Shown: positions 41,428 to 52,569, numbered from the stretch's first letter. The stretch is DNA of 64,000 nucleotides from an uncultured Chloroflexia bacterium (GCA_963751345.1 CAVVUS010000022.1:162970-226969); one strand, 5' to 3'. Notes: generated from the letters alone by a model not told the origin. Numbers and translations: made by a program.

Positions 41428-42512
41428 CTAATTGTTAAGCGACGCGATGAAAGCGTCGACACCCTCGATCTCAGAGGGGATCACGAGCTCGCCGGAGATG
41501 ACTTTCGCCTTCATATCCTCGATCTGCTGAACAACGGCATCGGGCACTTCGATATTGCTGTCCTCAAGGGTATAGCCCACGGCACCCTCGGCCAACCCGA
41601 GCGGGTGGAGACCGGGTTCCCACACACCATTCATCAGATCTTTGATGGTATTGTAGACTACCACATCCAGTTGGCGCTGAGCGCTAAGCACGATGTGATC
41701 GGGGTCGATCCAGTTCTGGTTGACGTCCGTGCCAAAGGCGTAGAGGTCTCTATCGGCCGCCGCCTCAAAGACGCCGAGGCCGGACCCACCGGCGAACTGG
41801 TAGACGATGTCCGCGCCCTGATCGTACATGGAGAGCGCGATCTCCTTGGCGGTCGCGGGATCAGCCCAACCGCCGACGTAGTTCACGTTGATCTGGCAGT
41901 CGGGGTTAATGTACTTCGCCCCAGCCATATAACCGGCTGCGAAGGCGCGGATCAACGGGATGTCCATACCACCAACCCCGCCCAGGATGCACTCCGGGTT
42001 CCCCTTCTCCAGGGGCAGCGTGGTCAGCAGCGCGCCAAAGCCGCCGATTAGGAAGGTCTTCTCATAATCCTTGAAGGTGATGCTGCGGACGTTGTCCATA
42101 CCGTCAATTGCGCCGTCGATGAGCAGCCACTTCTGGTCGGGGAAATCAGCCGCGACCGTGGACATGGGGTCGGCCTGGTCAAAGCCGAGGCCCACGATCA
42201 GGTCGTAGCTACCGTCTTGAGCAAAGGCGCGCTCGTGGCTCTCATACTCGGCGATCTCGTTGGGTTCAACGTAGTCGAACTGAATGCCGAGCTCTTCGGC
42301 GGCACGGTTCACGCCGGCGTAGCCGCTGTCGTTGAACGACCGGTCGCCAAGGCCACCCGTGGCGACGATCAGAGCAACCCTAAAGGGTTCAGCCATTGGC
42401 GCGCTTGTCGCGGCGCCTCGGTGGGGGCCGGTGTGCTGCATCCGCTCAGGACCAACCCAAAAGTGAAAACCATGACAAATACAAGATACGGGACTTTCTT
42501 TAGTATCGACAT
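41428..42512 (-). CDS. BMP/PnrA family nucleoside-binding lipoprotein, frameshift near 42420
   Basis: Signal peptide with lipobox LSGC; GGLGDRSFN, GGSGLGVFEAA, GTDVNQ. Confidence 0.9.
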
Positions 42513-42610
42513 TTCTCTCCCTCTAGTCTTCTTTGATAGCAGCTATGCTTCGGACCACGCCAGTCAAATGGGTCTTGCCCGGACCACCACCTCCTTCCTC
42601 ATGCTGATTG

Positions 42611-43930
42611 CTACAGCCGCACCACCGGCGAGGGGACGCCGAAGATACGAGCGGCACGCTCGCGCGCTTGGGCGAGCACCTCGCCGGCATCCAGAGTTAG
42701 AAACCGCCCATCTTGCATAAGGATACGGCCATCCACAATCGTCGTCGTGACATCGTCGCCGTGACACGTCAGTGCGAGTGTATCATGCGGTTCGTGCACA
42801 GGCATAGACCGCGCGCTGTCAGGTGAGACGAGGATCATGTCAGCCTTCTTGCCCACCTCCAGCGAGCCGATCTGGTCGCCAAGCCCCAGCGAACGGGCCC
42901 CCTCGCGGGTCGCCATCGCCAGGCAGGTCCGGGTCGGATGCTGTGCCTCAGTCCAGCGATGAAGAATCGAAGCGAGGTAGACGTCCTTCAGGATGTCAAT
43001 GACGTCGTTGCTGCCATTGCCGTCTGACCCCAGCCCCACAGCCAGCTGCTTGCCGATCATCTGGGGGACAGGAGCAATACCGCTCTGCAGCTTTAGATTG
43101 GCCGCCGGGTTATGCGAGACGCCAAAGGTGGGGCGGTCCACGAGGGCAATATCGTCATCGCTTAGGTGCACGCAGTGCGCCGCCGTCATCGGGGCATCCA
43201 GCAACCCCAGGGAGTTCAGATAGGCCGGCGGGCTCATTCCCCAGGATTCATAAGCCTGCCGAACCTCGGCCTCCGTCTCCGACAGATGGATGTGCAGCCG
43301 TGCGCCGAGTTCGTCGGCAAGTCCGGCGATCTGCGTCAAGACATCTGCCGAGCAGGCATAGGGAGAATGCGGCGCCATCATCACAGAGATGCGGCCGTTT
43401 GCTGCTCCGTGCCACTCCTCGAAGAAACTGCGCGCGTAGGCCAGCTGGGCGTCCACCCCCTTTTTCATCTCCATACCGCCCGCCGGCTCCATAATCGACT
43501 CGGAGAGACAGGCTCGGATGCCCGTCTGCTCGACGGCCTTGGCGATCACTTTCTCCGAGAAGTACATGTCCGAGAAGGTCGTCACGCCGGCGCGGATCAT
43601 CTCCATACAGGCTAGCATCGCGGCCCAGTAGATATCGTCCTCATCCATGCGCTCGATGTAGAACCATCCCCACTCGAGCCACTTGAAGAGCTCCATTGCG
43701 GCGGCGGTCGCCTTGAAATAGGACATGCCCACGTGGGTGTGTGCATTGATCAGCCCTGGGAGCAGAAATTGCCCCCCGGCGTCGATCACGCGGGTAGCTT
43801 CGCCCAAAGTACCCGAAGGGACTACAGACGCGATCAGACCATTGCTGATGGCTAGATCGTGTCCCTCGATGACCGAGTATTCGTGTCAAGGGAGAGGATA
43901 TAGGGCACCGCGGATGAGTAGATCGTACAC
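42611..43930 (-). CDS. Amidohydrolase, MTA/SAH deaminase (MtaD)-like; frameshifts near the 5' end
   Basis: PGLINAHTH, APHSPY, HIHLSET, AAHCVH, GSDG..SND, GSLEVGKKAD. Confidence 0.88.
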
Positions 43931-44254
43931 TTCACTGCCTCCGACGTCGCGTTCCTTGGCTAGCAGGCGTCCGGCACGCTGGGGAGTATAAGCGATTACC
44001 GTGTGGGAACAAGACCGCCGCGGATGGAGGGGCGCGACGGTATCTCACCGCTCCCGGGTCACGTCACATCTCGCTGGGTGGATGCAGGGGCGGGGTCGTC
44101 TCTGCCATCTCACTCGCCTGACACTACACCATCGTCCAGGCGCGGAAGATCAGCGGCGCCCCGATCGCAGCAAGGAGGGCGCCGAGGTACACGGCAGAGC
44201 GGCACCCCGATGGCCACAACCCCCAGCGTAACCGCTAAACGGGTGATTCGCGCC

Positions 44255-45482
44255 TCACCTATCCAGAGGTCGCCGTTCTTTCCACCGTCCACGAGTGAAA
44301 TCCGGGAAGTCGACAGGCTGATTCCCCGCAGCAATCGATCGCTCGCTGAGCGCCGATGCGGCACTCCACGTGGCTGCATCGTAGACGTCCAGGTCCGTGG
44401 GCTGCCCGGTATGCAGGCACGTCGTCAGGCGATAGTCTGTCAGGTAGTCCATATTGCCGTGACCACCGATCCCTTCGAGACTGTTGATCGTCTCGGCCCA
44501 CAGCGGGTGCTCGAACTCCGGTCGATAGGCCTCCAGCGGCTCCCACTCTTCGGGTCCGCTCCGGCCCTCAATGTGGATCTTCTGCTCAGGGTAGACGCGT
44601 ACGATGCCGTTTGTCCCCTGAACGAGAATGTCGCGGCTATAGGGACGCGGCGAGTCGGTATCGTGTTTGACGACGATCGTCTGTCCGCCTGCCGTCTGGA
44701 TCAGCGTCGTCACGATGTCGCCCAAGGCGTAGTCCGCCTTCGCGAAGGGACTGTCCGGGCCAAAGTGACGTGCCGCGTACCTCTGCAAGCCCACCGATTT
44801 GGTGCTCATTGAGACAAGCCGCACGAACCGGTTGCCCCGGTTGATATTCATGCATTGGGCGACCGGTCCCAAGCCGTGCGTCGGATAGAGATCGCCGTTC
44901 CGGCCCTTCTGAGTGAGCCCGGCGCCACAGCCCCTCGTTTCCGGCCTCGAACTTGGTGGCTCGCAGATCGTGCAAGTAGCCACACTCGGCATGCATCACC
45001 TCGCCGAGGAGTCCCTTGCGCACCATATTCAGGATCATCATCTCGGGCCGGTCGTAGCAGCAGTTCTCGCTCATCACGCAGTGTTTGCCGGTTGCCTCAG
45101 CCGTGTCCACCAATTGCCAGCACTCCTCCAGCGTCACCGCGGCGGGTACTTCGGTTGCCGCATGCTTGTCATTTTGCATCGCCGTGACGCAGACTTTCGT
45201 GTGCCATTCCCAGGGTGTGGCGGTGTAGACAAGATCGAGATCCTCTTCGGCGCAGAGGCGCTCGAAATCACGCTCGCCACGGGTATAAAGCGTAGGCGCA
45301 GGCTGCCCGGCCTTCTGGATCATGTCGCTGGCACGCTGGGCGTGAGATGCATTGATATCGCACACCGCTGTGACGGCCACCCAGGGCATCCGAACGAGAT
45401 TGGTGAGATGGTTTGTCCCCATCCCGCCGACTCCGACAAAGCCGATGCGCACGACGTCAAGAGGGGGGCTGCCGTTGTTCAT
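44255..45482 (-). CDS. Gfo/Idh/MocA oxidoreductase, GH109 (alpha-N-acetylgalactosaminidase)-like; frameshift near 44920
   Basis: ATPWEWH, TEVPAA, ENCCY, YLHDLR, NGDLYPTHGLGP, GGHGNMD, PDFTRG. Confidence 0.88.
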
Positions 45483-45731
45483 ATGTAGTGGTCTCCTCGA
45501 GAATTATGGGTTTGGGGATCGATGACAGACAGCAAGTGTGTCTTGGGTCACGTCACCGGTCCCGGCGATCGCACCGCCGTATGAGGCTCAGAGCCACGTA
45601 GGATCATACTCTCCAACCGGCGGAAAATCCAGCGCCCCAGCCACCCACGGCAACACCATCGAGAGCTGCCGTTTCCGGACGAGGCGCACACGACGTGACC
45701 TTGGCTCCGCAGAGGCGATCGATACGCCCTT

Positions 45732-46304
45732 TCAGGTCCTCACGCATCCCAGCTCGCGGTAACGAAAACAGCCGACGAGGTGGTCGTTCACCAATCCCAC
45801 GGCCTGCATAAAGGCATAGCAGATGGTCGGACCGACGAAGCGGAACCCGCGCTGCTTCAGAGCCTTGCTCATCGCGACGGACTCCGGACTCTGCGAAGGG
45901 ATCTCGCGCAGCCCCTGCCAATGGTTCTGAATCGGCGCGCCGCCGACGAACTGCCAGATGTAGCGATCGAAGCTGCCGGCTTCCTCCTGTATCGCCAAAA
46001 CTGCCCGCGCGTTGGAAATGGTTGACGCGATCTTCAGACGGTTTCGTACGATCCCGGCATCGGCAAGCAGCCGTGCCTGATCGTCCTCGTCGAAACGGGC
46101 AACGCAGTGTGGATCGAAGCCGCAGAAAGCGCTGCGATAGGCCTCCCGTTTCTTGAGAATTGTGGACCAACTCAGGCCTGCCTGAGCCCCCTCGAGGACG
46201 AGAAACTCGAAGAGCAGCCGGTCATCGTGAACGGGGGTACCCCATTCGAGATCGTGATAGGCTACCATCAGCGGGTCGTCGCCTGCCCAGGCACACCGTT
46301 CCAT
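45732..46304 (-). CDS. tag: DNA-3-methyladenine glycosylase I
   Basis: RCAW, YHDLEWG, LEGAQAGLSW, RNRLKI, FVGPTICYAFMQAVGLVNDH..C. Confidence 0.95.
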   Translation of the reverse strand: MERCAWAGDDPLMVAYHDLEWGTPVHDDRLLFEFLVLEGAQAGLSWSTILKKREAYRSAFCGFDPHCVARFDEDDQARLLADAGIVRNRLKIASTISNARAVLAIQEEAGSFDRYIWQFVGGAPIQNHWQGLREIPSQSPESVAMSKALKQRGFRFVGPTICYAFMQAVGLVNDHLVGCFRYRELGCVRT

Positions 46305-46307
46305 CGG

Positions 46308-47030
46308 CTACGCTCCTCGCAGTCCCAAGATGCCCTGCAGCGCTGCCAGCGATTGTACCTCGAAACTGGGAACGATGCCGGTGGCGTTCGGCATGCCATC
46401 CCGGTTCAGCCAGACGGAAACAGCCCCAGCGTCGTTCGCGCCCCGAACGTCGGCCTCCAGCAAATCACCGACGTGCAGCAGCTCGCCAGGCTCACAGCCT
46501 GCCTGAACACACGCCACGTGGAAGATGCCGGGGGCAGGCTTCTCTACCCCGACATCCTGCGCGAAGACCTCGAAAGAGAACCGCCCCGGCAACCCACACT
46601 GCTCGGGATAGCTGTTTCCGTTGGAGAGAAGCCCGATCACGTAATGTGGCTGAAGCGCATCAAGCACGGAAATGACATCCGGATAGAGCTCCATATCTTC
46701 AAAACGGTGTCTGCGGTAGAGATCGTTCAGCTCTGCGGCAATCTCGGCGTCATCGCAACCGATGGTTGCCAGCGTGCGCACGAAGGCTGCGTGCCGTATC
46801 TCCTCGAGTCGCTTTCCCGTGCCCGCCAACTCCGCCGCCACCTGGTTGCGGATCTCGATCATCCCGTCGACCGTCAGGCCGGCAGCAGCCTCTGCCGGCA
46901 ACAGCTCGCGCAGCCGCAGGATCACGTGACCCAGGGCAGATCGCATCGCCTTGCGGAAGTCCCACAGCGTCATGTCACCATCGAAGGAGATGGCTTTGAT
47001 GCGGTCGCCCAGCAGCGCTATCTCACTCAT
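46308..47030 (-). CDS. HAD superfamily hydrolase
   Basis: FDGDMTL, LSNG, EKP, HVGDLLEADVRGA. Confidence 0.88.
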   Translation of the reverse strand: MSEIALLGDRIKAISFDGDMTLWDFRKAMRSALGHVILRLRELLPAEAAAGLTVDGMIEIRNQVAAELAGTGKRLEEIRHAAFVRTLATIGCDDAEIAAELNDLYRRHRFEDMELYPDVISVLDALQPHYVIGLLSNGNSYPEQCGLPGRFSFEVFAQDVGVEKPAPGIFHVACVQAGCEPGELLHVGDLLEADVRGANDAGAVSVWLNRDGMPNATGIVPSFEVQSLAALQGILGLRGA

Positions 47031-47056
47031 CCGCGCCGGTCCTGGCCTGATGCCTA

Positions 47057-49462
47057 TCACTGCACGTCATCTGACGCTGGAAGCTGCCTGCTGGGTAGCG
47101 GATGCTCACGAGAGAACGCTGGTCGTTCAGGCACACCGTCGAACCGGCAGCCACGAGCGATAGAGCGACCCGGTCTGCCCGGCGCTGGCGAAATCACAGA
47201 GCCTGACACGGCGTCCGTCGGTCGCAAACACCTCGAAGAGCAGCATCGGCGGCAGCCAGTCATCCCACACTGTCGGGGTCAACACCGCGGCATCAAGTGC
47301 CGGGACCTGCAAACCTTCCGCCGTCGTCTTCCAGGGATCGAAACCGAACACGGCCGGCTCGACATCTCGCTGAAGCTCGCGATTGTATCTTTGATCGTAG
47401 GCCAGCAGGATCGGCCCTCGGTAGATCGAGGTGAGGCCCGCGCGCTCGTTGTCACCGGGCCAGAAGTGGGGCGCCATGTCGAGGTCGATCTCGATCGTGT
47501 CCTCGTCGAACCATTGCCGCTCGATCCTGCAGTACGTCCCGGGCGTGACATCGGCGACGGCTTCACCGTTGACCGCCACCGACGTCCGCAGCGACCATGA
47601 CGGAATGCGGAGGTAGAGGCCGAACGAGGCGGCTTGGGCAAGCGCCACGTGGATGCGAATGTGGCCCGGAAGCAGGGTAGTCGGTCTCCTGCGAGAGCCC
47701 CACCGCCAGGTCGTCCCGCAGCGCGACACTCGCCTGCATCGGACCGTAATAGTTGAGGTGAAGACCGCCGGGACCCACCATCACGGCCCAATCACTGACC
47801 ATCCCCAATCCACGGGGGCTGTTGACGCTGCAGCAATTCAGCCGGCTCGACATCTCGCTGAAGCTCGCGATTGTATCTTTGATCATAAGCCAGCAGGATC
47901 GGCCCACGGTAGATCGAGGTGAGGCCCGCGCGCTCGTTGTCACCGGGCCAGACGTGGGGCGCCATATCGAGGTCGATCTCGATCGTGTCCTCGTCGAACC
48001 ATTGCCGCTCGATCCTGCAGTACGTTCCAGGCTTGACCTCGGCGACGGCTTCACCGTTGACCGCCACCGGCGTCCGCAGCGACCAGGACGGAATGCGTAG
48101 GTAGAGGCCGAACGAGGCGGCTTCGGCAAGCGCCACGCGGATGCGAATTCGCCCGGAAGCAGGGTAGTCGGTCTCCTCGGAGAGTCCCACCGCCAGGCCG
48201 TCCCGCAGTGAGACACTCGCCTCCATGGGACCGTAGTAGTTGAGGTAGAGACCGCCGGAGCCCGCCAGGACGGCCCAGTCGCTGACCATCCCCAACCCAC
48301 GAGGGCTGTTGACGCTGCAACAGTTCAACTCAGGACTGCCCGATCGCGCCTGGAAGACGATCTGGTGGGCACTGGCAAAGCGTGCGCCATCCGACGGCGT
48401 GTTGTACGTCGCCCAGCGCCCTGAACGCGCGTGCATGCCCAGGACCGAGTTGAAGGTTGAAAGCTCGATCTCGTCTGCCACGACGGAGTTGCCCGTGAGC
48501 TTGAGCATCTCGACACTCGCGGCAATCCACGCGATCGTACAACAGGTCTCGATAGGTTCAGGATCGTAAGGGTTTCCGGTGGCGCGCTCGCCTGACGAGA
48601 ACCCACCGTTGTTGTGCCGGTCGTGGCGCACGATGGACCACCAGATGCGCTCGAAGGCCTCGCGATAGCTGGGCTCACCGGTGCCCCAATAGAGTTCAGC
48701 AAGCCCCATAATCGGATGAAGGCTCTCCCACCGGGGCTTCGGCATCTCGAAGAACTCCCTGCCTGCCAGCGCCTCGCGGAGATAGTCTCCCGCCAGCGGG
48801 CCGTCGGGGCCCACCGCGGCGAACTCGTCGACGATCTGCTGGGCCAGCTTCAGATACTTCGGGTCGCCGGTCTTCGCGTGGAGCATCGCCAGCGCGTGCA
48901 CGGGGGCGAGGTTCTTATCGGTCTCGCCCGTGTCCACGAGGCGCAGATCGGTGCCTAGAAACATGCGGCAGAAGAGATCACCGATGCGGCGCGCTCCATC
49001 CAGCGCCGCCGTGTCGCCTGTCTCGTCGTGCCAAAGCAGCAACCCCAGCATCACGTGGTAGTGTCCCCACGCGTCCCAGGTCGGCCCGCCACCGGCGACA
49101 TTGGGAGCGAGCCCCGTCAGATGCGAGCCGCTGGGCCACGGGCCAAGATAGCCGTCCTCTTCCTGCAGCGCAATGAGCTGCGCAACGAATGTCACCAGTT
49201 GGTCGCGAAGCGCCGTATTACCCGTCGCGCGGAGCACTTGAACAGCGGAGGTGAGGTATTTGCCCGCGAACTCCCCGGCCCACGGGACCAGATTGCGATA
49301 GGGTCGCACATCGCGATCGGCAAACATCTCCAGCATCGCCGGGTTGGCCTTGGGTGCGACCAGCAGCCACTGTGCGGTCACGGCAGAAAGATACGCATCG
49401 TAGTCGCCGCGGAACCGATAGATGCTGCGTCCGGGACGGTGCAGTGCAGGTTGAACGGTCAT
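47057..49462 (-). CDS. GH127-like beta-L-arabinofuranosidase, interrupted by internal duplication and frameshifts
   Basis: WAGEFAGK, QEEDGYLG, ETCC, ELNCCSVN, LRIPSW, YRGPILLA. Confidence 0.8.
47353..48327. repeat. Diverged ~0.49-kb tandem duplication inside the GH127 gene
   Basis: Copy 47353-47840 aligns with 47841-48327; both encode LNCCSVNSPRG...QRDVEPA. Confidence 0.92.
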
Positions 49463-49585
49463 AGCGCACGCTCTCCTTCTTCGACCAACGGATACGCCCC
49501 GAGTATAGAGGCCTCGGCTCACCTTCGCAAGGCCTCCATGCACAAGGGTGTGCGTCAGTTTTCCGCAACGCCCTTCACAACTTTC

Positions 49586-49712
49586 GTAGAGACGCGCCGG
49601 TGGCGCGTCTTCTGGCGCGCAGACACCGTTGAACACCGGTATGATCTTCATCGTGCGCACCCCGGTACTGAGGATCACTGCGTCCGGAGACGGGGCACCG
49701 CCCCGTCTCTAC
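49586..49712. repeat. Inverted pair of GTAG-type REP palindromes (REPIN/BIME-like)
   Basis: GTAG-AGACGCGCC-GGT-GGCGCGTCT (49586-49610) and AGACGGGGC-ACC-GCCCCGTCT-CTAC (49688-49712). Confidence 0.8.
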
Positions 49713-49811
49713 GAGAACAGCGGAGGCTGCGAAAATCTGACGCACAATCCATGACCGTGAAACCCTGGGGCGTCCGGGCGGAAGCGACAAGCTAAGGTAT
49801 AATCGCCATTG

Positions 49812-51173
49812 ATGCCGGAAGCAACCCAACTTACCCGACGACCACTCCTGGCGGAGACTGCAATCCGCGGCAGTCTGGCCCGAGCGATCTGGCGTCTGGC
49901 TTGGCCGATCACGCTGAGCCAGACGCTTTCTATGCTGCCGGGATTGTACGACTCGTTCTGGCTTGGGCAGCTCGGATCGGGCGCGCAGGCCGCTGCCGGG
50001 CTCGCGATGTCGGTGCGCGTGACGATGATCAGTGTCCTGATGGCGTTGAGCGGCGCCAGTGGTGCCGTAGTAGCCCGTTACGTCGGCGCCAAGGATGAGC
50101 GCAATGCGAACCTCGCGACGCTCCAGGCCGTGATCCTGATGACCTTCAGCGCAGGCTCTTTGGGCGTGGTGGGGTACCTCTTGGCCGAACCCTTGATGCG
50201 CCTCGCCGGAGCCGATCCGACCGTGCTTCCGCTGGCCGTGCGCTACGCACGCGTTATCTTCACAGGCCTCATCGCCATGGAGCTGTTGCCGAGTATCGGC
50301 GGCATGCTCAATACGGCGGGCGCGCCGCAGGTCCGGTTGATGATGACCCTCTGGAGCATGGGGACGCAATTGGTGACCGAACCATTGCTTGCCCGCCGTT
50401 TCGGGGTAGGGGGTGCGGCAGCCTCTGTGGTCGCAGCAAGTGCTGCCGGGATGTTCTGGGGCCTGGGCGCCTTGCTCCGCGGGCGGGCAACCGTTCGTAT
50501 TGACCCGCACGACCTGCGGCTGAACTTCCCTATGATGGGCCGCATCGTGCGCATCGCGCTGCCCTCCGTCGTGCAGCGCGGCGCTCCCAACCTGGCGACC
50601 TCACTTCTGATGCGCCTCATCTCATCGTACGGATCCGAGATCCTGGCGGCATGGGTCGTCGCCAGCCGCATTCTTGGCGTCATCCAGGTCCCCGCCACAG
50701 GCATCGCCGGCTCGGCCGCCGCTATGATGGGGCTGAACCTGGGTGCCAGACAGGCCAATCGAGCAAAAGATGCCGTGCGTTGGGCGGGACGAGTTGCGGT
50801 CGGCATATCGGCGTGTCTGGTGATCTTTCTGCTGATTGCCGCACCGTGGATCCTGAGCTGGTTCAGCCTCGACCCTGAGGCGCTGGCAGCCGGTACGATT
50901 ATGCTGCGCTGGCTCGGCCTGGGCTACTTACTTCAGACTGTGACCCTGATCTACGACGCCGCACAGGTTGGCGCCGGCGATACGCTCTCTCCAATGATGG
51001 TCAACCTGGCGGCCCTATGGCTGGTGCAACTGCCGTTGGCATGGCTCACCTCGAAGGTCCTGGGCTTTGGCCCCCAGGGCATTTGGTGGAGCCTGGTCGC
51101 CGGCTGGGGTCTCCAGGCTGTCCTGATGGTCCGGCGCTACCGCGCCGAACACTGGCAGGCTGTGAAGGTCTAG
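49812..51173 (+). CDS. MATE family efflux transporter
   Basis: IWRLAWP, ARYVGA, NLGA, GAGDT; about 12 TM segments. Confidence 0.9.
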   Translation: MPEATQLTRRPLLAETAIRGSLARAIWRLAWPITLSQTLSMLPGLYDSFWLGQLGSGAQAAAGLAMSVRVTMISVLMALSGASGAVVARYVGAKDERNANLATLQAVILMTFSAGSLGVVGYLLAEPLMRLAGADPTVLPLAVRYARVIFTGLIAMELLPSIGGMLNTAGAPQVRLMMTLWSMGTQLVTEPLLARRFGVGGAAASVVAASAAGMFWGLGALLRGRATVRIDPHDLRLNFPMMGRIVRIALPSVVQRGAPNLATSLLMRLISSYGSEILAAWVVASRILGVIQVPATGIAGSAAAMMGLNLGARQANRAKDAVRWAGRVAVGISACLVIFLLIAAPWILSWFSLDPEALAAGTIMLRWLGLGYLLQTVTLIYDAAQVGAGDTLSPMMVNLAALWLVQLPLAWLTSKVLGFGPQGIWWSLVAGWGLQAVLMVRRYRAEHWQAVKV

Positions 51174-51238
51174 CCGTCCGGCGCTCGACGTGGTAGGCCG
51201 ACCTCGCCACTGCGGGATGCCAGTGTTGCGCCGCCGCC

Positions 51239-51781
51239 TCAGCCTCGCAACGTCATCGGGAGGTATACCAGCCGAAGGCCTGGGCAGATGACGGAACCAT
51301 AGTTGGCTGCCTTGAGCCCGCCGGTCTCCACCGCCCTGATGGTGTAGCTATGGGCCGCGCCCAGCAGCGGGTTGCCGGCGGCCCCCAGGGCCCCGCACGG
51401 TACCCTGAACCCGCGTCCGTGTAAATCGCCGGGAATGTAGAAGGATGTCGTGAAGAACCCCTGGTAGACGGCCCTGACCCGGCTATCGATCGTCACGGTC
51501 ATCTGGGTCATATATTGTGGAGAGGATGCCGTGACGTAGATGTACTGCCAGTTGATGTAGCACTCGTTCTGCCCGCCGACCGGCTGATAGCATGTTGCCG
51601 AAGGGTTATCGATGAACGAGATATCAGGACTCGTCCGACTCTGCGGTGCCACCTCCTGCGGCACAGGCGTACCGGCGTCAGGCGTCAACGGGCCCACGTC
51701 TTGTCCCTTTACCGGGCGCACAACCAAGAGCAACGCTACCAACAGAACGCTCGCGCAGATCCGCGCTATTGACATCTGCAT
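51239..51781 (-). CDS. Secreted hypothetical protein with C-terminal VYLPMTLRG tail
   Basis: Signal peptide, 4-Cys beta-rich domain, paralog of 51817-52371. Confidence 0.8.
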   Translation of the reverse strand: MQMSIARICASVLLVALLLVVRPVKGQDVGPLTPDAGTPVPQEVAPQSRTSPDISFIDNPSATCYQPVGGQNECYINWQYIYVTASSPQYMTQMTVTIDSRVRAVYQGFFTTSFYIPGDLHGRGFRVPCGALGAAGNPLLGAAHSYTIRAVETGGLKAANYGSVICPGLRLVYLPMTLRG

Positions 51782-51816
51782 GGGTCACCGCACCTTCTTG
51801 CACATATCGACGGCTC

Positions 51817-52371
51817 TCACGGCAGATGGGCCGGGCAGTACACAGTGCCGTAGTTCGCCGACGATAGGCCTGCCGAATCGCGAGCTCTGATGGTGTAAGC
51901 GTAAGCATTGCCGAGCTGAGGGTTTCCCCCCGCCCCAAGCGCCCCACAGGCCACCTTGAAGCCCTGGCCAAGCATGTTGTAAGGAACATACATGCTGGTC
52001 TGGAAGAAACCCTGGGTGTGCGCGACCACCCGTGGGTTCAGCGTCAGGGTCATCGTGATCATGTAATTCGGGCTGGCGCTCACGGAGAGATAGTACCAGT
52101 TGACATAGCAGATGTTCTGGACAGGATCGGGCTGATAGCAGGTAGCACTCGGCGAATCGATGAAACCGATATCCGGAGCCGTCGGGCTGTTGGCTGACAC
52201 CCCGTCAGAGGGTCCAGAGATCACACGCTGGTTCTCGCCCTCCGTCTCGGAGGCAATGATCTGCTCCCCCCCTCCGGTCGTCCCCCCCTGCCCCAGGACA
52301 GTACCGAGGGATACGCCAAGCACAAGCACCAAGACTGCAACGATACCGAAGACCCATCCTTTACGCAGCAT
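51817..52371 (-). CDS. Secreted hypothetical protein (paralog of neighbour, no full tail)
   Basis: Signal peptide; shares PDIxFIDxPSATCYQP...QGFF.TS.Y.P...ANYG.V.CP; AAGGAGG RBS. Confidence 0.8.
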   Translation of the reverse strand: MLRKGWVFGIVAVLVLVLGVSLGTVLGQGGTTGGGEQIIASETEGENQRVISGPSDGVSANSPTAPDIGFIDSPSATCYQPDPVQNICYVNWYYLSVSASPNYMITMTLTLNPRVVAHTQGFFQTSMYVPYNMLGQGFKVACGALGAGGNPQLGNAYAYTIRARDSAGLSSANYGTVYCPAHLP

Positions 52372-52469
52372 TGCCCGCCTCCTTGAGAGGTCCAACAATA
52401 AGTAGAGCGACGCACCCTTGCCGGTTCCCGGCACCAAGCGACGCGTCCTATGAGGATATCCTATAATCT

Positions 52470-52497
52470 ATTATATTTTTGAAACTAATCTTGTCAA
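52470..52497 (-). promoter_or_regulatory. Consensus sigma70 promoter for the secreted paralog pair
   Basis: TTGACA-N16-TATAAT in an AT-rich patch. Confidence 0.7.
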
Positions 52498-52516
52498 TAG
52501 GTTCTCAGGACACGAA

Positions 52517-52548
52517 AGGGCCACACCCGCACTGCGAGCGTGGCCCTC
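52517..52548 (-). terminator. Putative intrinsic terminator after VOC gene
   Basis: AGGGCCAC...GTGGCCCT hairpin followed by a short TTTC on the minus strand. Confidence 0.45.
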
Positions 52549-52569
52549 AGGATGCCTCACCCTTACTCC

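Noticed and set aside
43931-44254. Purine riboswitch or small hydrophobic ORF upstream of the nucleoside operon
   Set aside because: No riboswitch consensus was recognised; the hydrophobic stretch needs a frameshift and has no clear start.
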